A DNA stretch of 64,000 nt from an uncultured Rikenellaceae bacterium (lineage in GTDB: Bacteria; Bacteroidota; Bacteroidia; Bacteroidales; VadinHA17), in assembly GCA_964568875.1 (NCBI GenBank), contig CAZMSH010000006.1, positions 2,905-66,904 of the forward strand. Direction: 5' to 3'. The notes under the pieces are model-generated. The model saw only the letters and a list, made by a program, of their open reading frames with translations. It searched no databases and had not been told where the DNA came from. The position numbers and the translations under genes are program-made. Below are positions 1 to 7,900 of the stretch, piece after piece (positions within the stretch are counted from its first letter, which is position 1; each line of letters opens with the position of its first letter).

Positions 1-53
1 AGGCGGTGCTGAAGATGGCAGTTCAGGCTTCAGTAGAAGAGCAGGTGAATTGA
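1..53 (+). CDS. 3' end (partial) of a 91-aa-family small protein, paralog of 1798..2073 and 3858..4133
   Basis: Nucleotides 1..59 are identical to 4081..4139. Reads ...AVLKMAVQASVEEQVN then TGA at 51..53. Confidence 0.7.
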   Translation, partial: AVLKMAVQASVEEQVN

Positions 54-56
54 TGA

Positions 57-277
57 AGCGGTGTGAGGTATGAGGTATGAGGCGTGCGGTGTGGGGTATG
101 GGGTATGGGTAAAGGGCATAGCGGCGTAATGTCATATTGACATAACGGCATGGGGCATGGAAAAAGGGTAATCGGTAAACGGTAAAAGAGGTAATCGGTG
201 AACGGCAATGGAGCATGGAGCATGGGGCATGGAGCATGGGGACAAAGGTATAAAGGTTCAGCGTTCAGCGTTTAGAC
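57..277. repeat. Mosaic intergenic repeat locus L1 (heptamer arrays plus hairpin module M3)
   Basis: Tandem 7-mers GAGGTAT/GGGGTAT, GCATGGG/GCATGGA, GGTAATC/GGTAAAC and GTTCAGC. M3 module at 107..160 contains the hairpin ATGTCA-TAT-TGACAT. Confidence 0.85.
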
Positions 278-319
278 TAGTTTTTGTTTATCTTTAGTCA
301 TTCCTTGAAAATCAATGCT

Positions 320-559
320 ATGGAAAAAAGTGATGATGAGATGAATGATGCTGAGGGCAGGCAGGAGCCTGATGGGCAGGCCGAAAGTGCTTTTGCCAAA
401 ATACTGCGGCACTGGGAAAGTAAAACGCCGGAGGAAAGAAAGGAGCACTTAGACAAACTTAATCAAAGACGTGTTGAGGAGAAGCTGAAGGAGATTGCAA
501 GAGAAGATGAGGAGGAGAAGAGGGCGGAGGAGAAGAAGAGGGAGGAGGAGGATTTATGA
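320..559 (+). CDS. Hypothetical highly charged (Glu/Lys-rich) small protein
   Basis: ATG at 320 inside ORF 284..559 (which begins with TTG). Sequence MEKSDDEMND...EEKKREEEDL is low-complexity and coiled-coil-like. No recognisable family. Confidence 0.35.
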   Translation: MEKSDDEMNDAEGRQEPDGQAESAFAKILRHWESKTPEERKEHLDKLNQRRVEEKLKEIAREDEEEKRAEEKKREEEDL

Positions 560-819
560 TCTGACCGGTATGATCTTCCTGCGGTTGGGCGAGGGAAGAT
601 AACTCAGATTATAGAAGAGGATTGTTATCCGGTTGCCGACAGTGTCAACTTTCTGGTTTACTGGCGAAATACGGATACCAATAGTGAATTGGTAATCATA
701 TTGCCTGAGCTGCCGTTTGTAAGACAGTTGAGTCCAGTTTAGCTGTCGTAACCGGAAAATAGTGGCTCTATTCATTAATATGCCGGTTTCTGCTTTCGGA
801 AGATTGCATTGGAGTTCTT

Positions 820-1446
820 TCAAATCACAGGGCTACCCGGCAGCAAATTCAGTATCCTCTCCCAGATAATTACTGATTCCGGCGTGGCGGCATTCTGGTT
901 AGAAAGGTCATTCTCCCGGAAAATATCCTCAAGGTAATCTTCAAAATGGCTTGACAGACGCCAGTTAATATGGTTATAATTGTAATTCTGCCTGGAAATG
1001 GTTCTGTCCGGCTGCTGAGGCAGGGTACCCTTCAAATCGAATTTTTGAATGAATTCCGGTCCTGCCAGGGGGAGCATCTGAAGAAGCAGGGATTCCAGTT
1101 CAGGATTTGAAATATTCTTTCTCAGGCCCAGAAGTATCTCAATAATGCGTTCAATAATTGCAGAGTCGGTAAGGCTAAGGGTAGCTATGGAATACTCCGG
1201 ATCATCATAATAGTACAGTCCGGACCTACGACTTATGGGTGCGTTAAAGCCCAGAATGTCACTCCTCATTATTCTGATATCATTTTGAAGGGTTCTTTCA
1301 GAAACCTTTCCGCTTCTGTCAGTTGCTGCTGACAATGCTGCTGTGCACTCATCGATCAGTTCATTAATACTGTAGCCCCTTCTTCCTCCATAAAGGCAGG
1401 TGTCAATGGTTTTGTACCTGATAAGAGAATTGTAAGTTGCCGGCAT
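820..1446 (-). CDS. Winged-HTH transcriptional regulator (YafY/BrxR-type N-terminal HTH, no obvious WYL domain), paralog 1
   Basis: First ATG at 1446 gives MPATYNSLIRYKTIDTCLYGG...SERTLQNDIRIMRSD, the typical N-terminus of Bacteroidota HTH_11/WYL-family regulators. Paralog at 9323..9934. Confidence 0.7.
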   Translation of the reverse strand: MPATYNSLIRYKTIDTCLYGGRRGYSINELIDECTAALSAATDRSGKVSERTLQNDIRIMRSDILGFNAPISRRSGLYYYDDPEYSIATLSLTDSAIIERIIEILLGLRKNISNPELESLLLQMLPLAGPEFIQKFDLKGTLPQQPDRTISRQNYNYNHINWRLSSHFEDYLEDIFRENDLSNQNAATPESVIIWERILNLLPGSPVI

Positions 1447-1526
1447 AATTGAAGTTTCATGGTACAGGAGGACTGCAAAGGGGTCCACAAAATTGCACCA
1501 GGGTATTACTTTGTCTGTAACAAACC

Positions 1527-1534
1527 CAAAAATA
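1527..1534 (-). promoter_or_regulatory. Candidate Bacteroidota -7 box (TATTTTTG) for the wHTH gene
   Basis: Minus strand reads TATTTTTG, matching TAnnTTTG. It lies in a block conserved with 10016..10023 upstream of the paralog. Confidence 0.4.
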
Positions 1535-1797
1535 CAAAAATATGAATACAGAAGGGGCCAGCTTATAACAACCAAAGGCAGTTAGTATGGCAAAAACGCG
1601 CTACCTGAAAAGAGATACTATTAAAGTTGTTTTTGAAATCCATAAAGAAAAAAATATGGATTTTTTTACATAGCCTAACCACATGACTGTCTGCCTGTTC
1701 CGTTGTGCAGTAAAAAATATTTTAATAAAATTTCGAATTTTGCCTCTATAAAATATCCTTTTCTGCCTTTAATAGGTAGATATAAACTATTACATAC

Positions 1798-2073
1798 ATG
1801 AAAAAGGATACTATCAGATTGTTTCTTCTATCCGGAGAACTGGCCGATCAGTTATTATGGGTTGAACTTTACCCCTTTATAAGCAAGATGCCGGAAACAA
1901 AAGACAGCTTTGGTAACACTGAGGTTATTGCTGATGAGGATGGCTGTTTCTACGCTCGACGGTTTCGCTTTGGCGGATGGACATTCAACGAAAAAGCGTG
2001 TTCAAATTGCCATACCTATCAGGCGGTACTGAAGATTGCCGTTCAGGCTTCAGTAGAAGAGCAGGTGAATTGA
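1798..2073 (+). CDS. 91-aa protein of unknown function, family copy A1
   Basis: Complete ORF. 58/91 residues are identical to 3858..4133 in an ungapped hand alignment. About 95 nt of upstream leader is conserved. A short GCATGGGG remnant follows the stop. Confidence 0.75.
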   Translation: MKKDTIRLFLLSGELADQLLWVELYPFISKMPETKDSFGNTEVIADEDGCFYARRFRFGGWTFNEKACSNCHTYQAVLKIAVQASVEEQVN

Positions 2074-2171
2074 TAAAGCATGGGGTGCGGGTTTGGTCTT
2101 GTGGTTCGCTTCCAGCCACTTTCTGAACTCATTTTGATCTGCAAAGAAAACAGGGGTCATTCAGTTTGGTG

Positions 2172-3116
2172 TTATACTAAGTTGAGTTGCATGTATCTGG
2201 ATTCCAGTATTTTTATGTATCCAGATTTCATTTCGTCGGACAAGAAAGATTTTTCAATCCACTCAAAAGCTTTTGGTTTGTTTGCTACCAGCCTTTTGAA
2301 GACACCATCAGTCTGCCTGTCGGTCAGATCAAGATTCTGTGCCAGGCTGACAAAGTTTTTCCGGGTGAGCTTTATCTTCTTACCATCGAGTGTAAGGGCT
2401 GTCTCTTCAGTATCTTCGGGTAATACTATTGCGACGTTTAATAAATCGTAAGCCGGAGCCAGAACCCATCCGGAGCTGCCCCTGATCATCGAGAAATTCT
2501 TAAGATGCATATCGTTATTGCCCGTTAAGAAACAGAACAACACCAACTCGAAATAGAGGATCTTATCAAGCAGCGTATTCTCTGAATAGCTGTGTAAAGC
2601 CTTTCCCACCTTTTCCAGTGAGCTTCTGTACTTATCGAAGGCTTCAGTGGTCTGGAACATATCAAGCATATGAATTTTGTAGCCCGTTTCGGTTCTGTCA
2701 ACACGTTTTGCTATGTATGACAATTCACCTGAAGCCAGTCTTATCAGACTCGAAGGGACAACAGAAATATTGAATGCTTCTGCTATGCGCATGGTTAAAT
2801 GCTCATTTTGCGGGACTTCGGGATATCTTTCAGTAGGGGGTTTTAATATATAGTTACCACCCAGAGCTCCGACCACAGTTAATCGTGGTCCGGAATTATT
2901 CATAGCTGCTTTAACCAACGACATTGATAATTTGGCCTGTACCCCCGGAATTGTAACACTGCGTTCAACTACATCCCTTGCCAGCTCTGACATCTGATCG
3001 ATCGAATATGGAATTACTGGAGGTATTGCGGTTCCAAAGAAAGCCTGCGAACATCTCTTATGCAGATCATTTTCGCCGTTAAGAGGTTCATAACAATATA
3101 AACACCTATCCGACAT
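2172..3116 (-). CDS. hipT: HipT-like Ser/Thr kinase toxin (HipA C-terminal kinase domain only)
   Basis: Gly-rich loop IPGVQAKLS, catalytic GNNDMHLKNFS (DxHxKN) and APAYDLLN are present. The N-terminus has CxxC-x10-HxxC. An alternative upstream ATG at 3140 also exists. The gene overlaps hipS. Confidence 0.85.
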   Translation of the reverse strand: MSDRCLYCYEPLNGENDLHKRCSQAFFGTAIPPVIPYSIDQMSELARDVVERSVTIPGVQAKLSMSLVKAAMNNSGPRLTVVGALGGNYILKPPTERYPEVPQNEHLTMRIAEAFNISVVPSSLIRLASGELSYIAKRVDRTETGYKIHMLDMFQTTEAFDKYRSSLEKVGKALHSYSENTLLDKILYFELVLFCFLTGNNDMHLKNFSMIRGSSGWVLAPAYDLLNVAIVLPEDTEETALTLDGKKIKLTRKNFVSLAQNLDLTDRQTDGVFKRLVANKPKAFEWIEKSFLSDEMKSGYIKILESRYMQLNLV

Positions 3117-3441
3117 CGTTTTCGTGAATTGGTACAACACTTACCGCTCCGATGCAATTCCGGCAGCAAGCCAGAAGCAATCCCATACGGTCATTCTTAC
3201 TAATCTTCCAGGTTTCTGATGCTATATCCAGCAGCCATCCTTCGGGTATCAACCCTTCAAAAAAGGGGAATAAACGTTTATCGGTGTACGGTTCTGAGGT
3301 AACCGGCATAGTAAACGTTATGAAGTCGTCTGGATTTTCTTCTGCATACTTTGCGTCGTACTGAAAGACATACTCACCCTCATTGGTTTCAATAAGTAAC
3401 CCGGCAAGGTGCTCGTTATAATATACTTTCGCCTGTCTCAT
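3106..3441 (-). CDS. hipS: HipS-like protein (stand-alone HipA N-terminal subdomain)
   Basis: 111 aa, MRQAKVYYNEHLAGLL...FFEGLIPEGW, typical of the HipA N-terminal (couple_hipA) domain. ATGA overlap with hipB at 3438..3441. Confidence 0.8.
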   Translation of the reverse strand: MRQAKVYYNEHLAGLLIETNEGEYVFQYDAKYAEENPDDFITFTMPVTSEPYTDKRLFPFFEGLIPEGWLLDIASETWKISKNDRMGLLLACCRNCIGAVSVVPIHENDVG

Positions 3442-3647
3442 TTGTCAAGTTCCTTACTGTTAACCGGGGCCAACTCGTGTCCGAACATCTTCAGCACCAG
3501 ATTGACTTTATCCAGATTGAGGTTCGTCTGTCCCTGCTCTATTTTTCGTACCACCGTTAAGGCGACACCAGTCCGTTCAGCAAATTGCTCCTGTGTGAGT
3601 CCTGCTTCTTTTCTGCGTTCCTTAACAAATTCCGCCAATCGTCTCAT
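3438..3647 (-). CDS. hipB: XRE-family HTH protein, HipB-like
   Basis: 69 aa with LTQEQFAERTGVALTVVRKIEQG, an HTH_3 motif. It is the first gene of the three-gene operon. Confidence 0.85.
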   Translation of the reverse strand: MRRLAEFVKERRKEAGLTQEQFAERTGVALTVVRKIEQGQTNLNLDKVNLVLKMFGHELAPVNSKELDK

Positions 3648-3745
3648 TATATGCCTTTAAATATAATTATGAGCAAATATAATCATTTATATGTAATTAG
3701 ATATATTTTTAGTACATTTTATTATTTTATATGCTTTTAGATATA
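3648..3745. promoter_or_regulatory. Three candidate HipB operators, TATAT-N8-ATATA, at 40-bp spacing
   Basis: TATATGCCTTTAAATATA at 3648..3665, TATATGTAATTAGATATA at 3688..3705, TATATGCTTTTAGATATA at 3728..3745. The first abuts the hipB ATG. Confidence 0.55.
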
Positions 3746-3857
3746 ATTTGCCAGGGCATTAGGTATGAGTAAAAAAATATTTTAAAAGTATTTCAAGTTT
3801 TGGTTCTATTAAATGCCCTTTTCTGTCATTAATAGGTGGATTTAAACTCTTACGGAC

Positions 3858-4133
3858 ATGAAAAAGGATAATATCAGATTATTTCATCTTTGCGGTGTGC
3901 TGGCTGACCAGTTATTATGGGGTGATTTTTTCAACTGTGTAGCCCAGGAGGCAGAAGACGATGATTTACTCGGCAACAACGAGGTAATAACTGATGCGGA
4001 TGGCTGTATCTATGCTCAGCGGAGTCGCTTTGGCGGATGGACATTCAGTGATAATGCACGTGCAAATTGTCAGATCTACCAGGCGGTGCTGAAGATGGCA
4101 GTTCAGGCTTCAGTAGAAGAGCAGGTGAATTGA
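3858..4133 (+). CDS. 91-aa protein of unknown function, family copy A2
   Basis: Complete ORF, paralog of 1798..2073. Its 3' end is identical to window positions 1..53. Confidence 0.75.
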   Translation: MKKDNIRLFHLCGVLADQLLWGDFFNCVAQEAEDDDLLGNNEVITDADGCIYAQRSRFGGWTFSDNARANCQIYQAVLKMAVQASVEEQVN

Positions 4134-4136
4134 TGA

Positions 4137-4197
4137 AGCATGGGGCCAGCCTTCGCCGAGGCTCCGGCTGACAAAGCATGGGGTATGGAAAATGGAA
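4137..4197. repeat. Mosaic repeat locus L3 (module M1 short form plus GCATGGG units)
   Basis: CATGGGGCCAGCCTTCGCCGAGGCTCCGGCTGACAAAG at 4139..4176, then GCATGGGGTATGG. Confidence 0.8.
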
Positions 4198-4242
4198 TAT
4201 CCTATTTTACTATATTTGCTATTATCAATAACTCATTGAATA

Positions 4243-4770
4243 ATGCTGTCAAAAAAACTACCATTGTTGACCTGCATCATCTTCCTGTTTATTATGCCGC
4301 TGGTATCACAGGAACAGAATGATGTTTTTACCATATATCTGGTAAGGCATGCCGAGAGGGATGATGTGGGTGCTAAAACGTCCGATCCGGGGCTCTCAGA
4401 GGCTGGAATACTGAGGAGTGAAAAACTGTCGGTAATTCTTAAAGAGACAGATATTAAGCGTATTTACAGCACCAACTATGTGCGAACAATATCAACTGCG
4501 ACTCCTGTTGCGGAAAGTAAGTCGATTGAACCAGAAATATATAATGCGCGTGATCTTGATATGTTTTGTTCACTGTTGCTATCGCGCAAGGAGGATGCCC
4601 TGGTTGTCGGTCACAGCAATACGACAAGTGTGCTGGCCGGCCTGCTGGCCGGGAAAGAACTACCACCTATGGATGAGACAGTCTATGACCGGTTATATGT
4701 TGTTGTGGTATTCGAGGGAGGAGCCAAAATACATCTGCTGAACCAGGGGTACTCACCGGCGCTGCATTAA
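4243..4770 (+). CDS. Histidine phosphatase family protein (SixA/PGAM-like), secreted
   Basis: Signal peptide, IYLVRHAERDD (RHxE motif) and VVGHSNT. Confidence 0.75.
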   Translation: MLSKKLPLLTCIIFLFIMPLVSQEQNDVFTIYLVRHAERDDVGAKTSDPGLSEAGILRSEKLSVILKETDIKRIYSTNYVRTISTATPVAESKSIEPEIYNARDLDMFCSLLLSRKEDALVVGHSNTTSVLAGLLAGKELPPMDETVYDRLYVVVVFEGGAKIHLLNQGYSPALH

Positions 4771-4954
4771 CGGGCAGCTCTATTACTTGTCCACCAATTT
4801 ACTTTTGCTAATATTTTCGCAGACAAATAAGTCGGCCGAAAGTCCCCCCCTCTTTTCCCCTCTCCCAAAATAATCTTATATTGTAAGTTTAAATAACCTC
4901 GCCAGCGCAACTTTCTGTGTTCGCTTCTGTTATCATTTAAAAATATATCTACCG

Positions 4955-7900
4955 ATGAGAAAATCCGGGTACATCATATTCGCAGCCATCACCAGCCTCA
5001 GCCTTGCAATGGCCACAGCATTAAACGCTCAGATAGTTGAGGCCGGAAGTGGCAGTTATACCACAGCGTTTCCCGGCACCGATGCCGCGGGCAGAAACTC
5101 CTATCCTTCGGGTACGCCGCAACTTAGCGGCAACGCTGTGGGCAAGCCGGTTCCCACAAATGACTGGTGGTCGAAACTTATCAAGGAGGACCATGCCTCC
5201 AACCTTTTCAACTATCCCTTCACCATGCGCACCATGAACAATGGCCTGGTGGTCAGCTACATTCCCTGGGGTGTGATAAGCGACCTGATTCCTGTCACCG
5301 TAGGAGTTACCGGTCTTAACACCTCACAAGCCACCGTCTCCGACTACTCTGACTGGACAGTCACAATGAACTGGAACGATGGGGTGCGCAATTTCGAAAC
5401 CACCGCCGGCATCGCCATGCCATTTCTCTATTTTACAAAGGGTTCGTCAGATGTGGCACAAATCACAGTTGCCTCAGGAACAGTAACAATATCGGCTGAA
5501 ATGCTTATCATCACCAATGCCATAAACGGAGCCGATTTTGCCGTGTACGCCCCCGTGGGAAGCACCTGGGTCCAGAATGGCAACACCTACACCTCTACCC
5601 TCAACGGCAAAAATTACTGGTCGCTGGCTTTTATCCCCCTCACCGCTGCCAACGTCACCACCGTGGCCAACGAGTATAAGAAGTATGCCTACGTTTTCCC
5701 CGCCAATACAACCACGTCGTGGAATTACAATGAAAGCACCTCTGTGGTGAGAACCGATTTTACAGTTATTACAGATATTAAGGAGGGAACCGGGACTAAC
5801 ATGCTGATTGGATTGCTTCCGCACCAGTGGGCGAACCTGGCAACCGACTCGCCGGTACCCGATAAATACAGCTACGCTTCAGTCCGCGGCGAAATAAAAA
5901 CGATGGAGGGCAACAGCTTCAGCGTCGAAAACACCTTTCACGGTATCCTGCCTACCCTGCCCAATTTAGATAACTACAGCGACGGCTTTACCCCCACCGC
6001 GCTGGCAGAGAAAATCGAAAACATCGAAAACGATGTGCTGGCACTATGGACAGACTCATACAACGAGGGGCAGGTGATGAACCGCCTCGTTCAGACAGCC
6101 CGCATAGCCCACGAAATGGGTAATACCACTGCCCGTGACAAGATGCTGGCAACCATTAAGGACCGGCTAGAAAACTGGCTCACCGCCACCCTCGGCGAGG
6201 TGGCCTTCCTCTTCTATTACAACACCACATGGTCAGCCATGATCGGCTACCCTGCGGGTCACGGTCAGGACAGCAACCTGAACGATCACCACTTCCACTG
6301 GGGTTATTTTATTCATGCTGCAGCTTTCCTGGAGCAGTTTGAACCCGGATGGGCTGCAGGCTGGGGTGATATGGTGAACCTCCTGGTGCGCGATGCCGCC
6401 AGTCCTGACCGCGGAGACCTGCTGTTTCCCTGGCTGAGAAATTTCAGTCCCTATGCCGGCCATTGCTGGGCCAACGGCTTTGCAACCTTCCCACAGGGCA
6501 ACGACCAGGAATCGACCTCGGAAAGTATGCAGTTCAATTCGTCTCTCATCCATTGGGGAACCATCACCGGCAACGATGAGATCCGCGATCTGGGTATTTA
6601 CCTGTACACCACCGAGCAAACCGCCATTGAAGAGTACTGGTTTGACATGTACGACCGCAACTTTCTCCCCACGCAGCAATACAGCCTGGTGTCGCGTGTA
6701 TGGGGCAACAGTTACGACAACGGCACCTTCTGGACCAACGATATTGCTGCTTCCTACGGCATTGAACTCTATCCCATACATGGAGGCTCACTTTATCTGG
6801 GTCACAACACGGCCTATGCAACCAAACTCTGGAACGAAATAAAGGCCAATACAGGCATTATGAGCAACGAGGCCAACGTCAACCTGTGGCACGATGTGAT
6901 GTGGTCGTACCTGGCCTTTACTGACCCTCCTGCGGCCATCGCATTGTATGACTCCTATCCCGACAGGTCGCTCAAGTTTGGTATTTCAGATGCGCAGACC
7001 TACCACTGGCTGCATGCCATGAATGCCCTCGGACGGGTAGATGCCACCATCACGGCAAACTATCCCATTGCCACAGCATTTAATTCAGACGGAACCATTA
7101 CCTACGTAGCACACAACTATTCAGATACGCCTGTAACGGTTACCTTCTCCACCGGCTATGAGCTTGCGGTACCAGCCCGCACCATGCGCACAAGCAGGGA
7201 CATTGACATTTCCGGGGTTCTTTCTTCATCATTCAGCAGTGCCTATCCCGGCGGAAGCGTCGAGCTTACCCTCACAGCAGATGGGGGAACACCAACCAAA
7301 GTGGAGTTTATGGATGGAACCATTTCGCTTGGAACCGTCACCACGTCACCATTTGTCTGGAAAGCCACCAGTCTGACACCCGGCAGGCATAACTTCTACG
7401 CCAGGGTGTTCGATGGTGAAAGATTCAATACGTCCAATATCGTTAAGGTGCTGGTTGGCAGCCAGGTGCCTTATGGAGGAACACCCTGGCCGGTTCCCGG
7501 CATTATTGAAGCCGGAAAATACGATCTGTTTGAAGGAGGCAGAGGCCAGAACATCGCTTATCTGGATCTATCCGTCAACAATGAGGGCGATTTCAGGACG
7601 GATGAATATGTTGACGCTGTAACCTCGGTGGCCGAAGGAGCCTATGTTGGGTGGATATCGGCCGGTGAATGGCTCGAATACACTGTTAACGTCACCCAGG
7701 CCGGATTGTATTCATTTGCTTTCCGCTATGCATCGGGTAATCCTGCCGGAGGAGGGCCCTTCCATCTTGAACTGGACGGTAGCCAGGTTTCGGGACCTAT
7801 AGCTGTGCCATCGACAGCAATAAATAATTGGGATGTATGGGCGACGAAAACAGTCACCGACATACCACTTACACCCGGTACTCATGTGTTGCGTGTCTAC

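Noticed and set aside
554-823. 89-aa minus-strand ORF downstream of wHTH1 as a real gene.
   Set aside because: It has a TTG start generated by the longest-ORF rule, no homolog at the paralogous locus and no recognisable motif. It is kept only as a low-interest question.
2080-2451. Plus-strand ORFs 2080-2451 and 2187-2423; also 3152-3364 and 3409-3660.
   Set aside because: They are antisense shadows of the well-supported hipT/hipS/hipB genes.
1798-4133. 91-aa paralogs as diversity-generating retroelement targets, or as integron-like cassettes.
   Set aside because: No reverse transcriptase, Avd, template repeat or integrase is in view. Nucleotide differences between copies are of all types, not adenine-specific. 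No attC-like sites were recognised.
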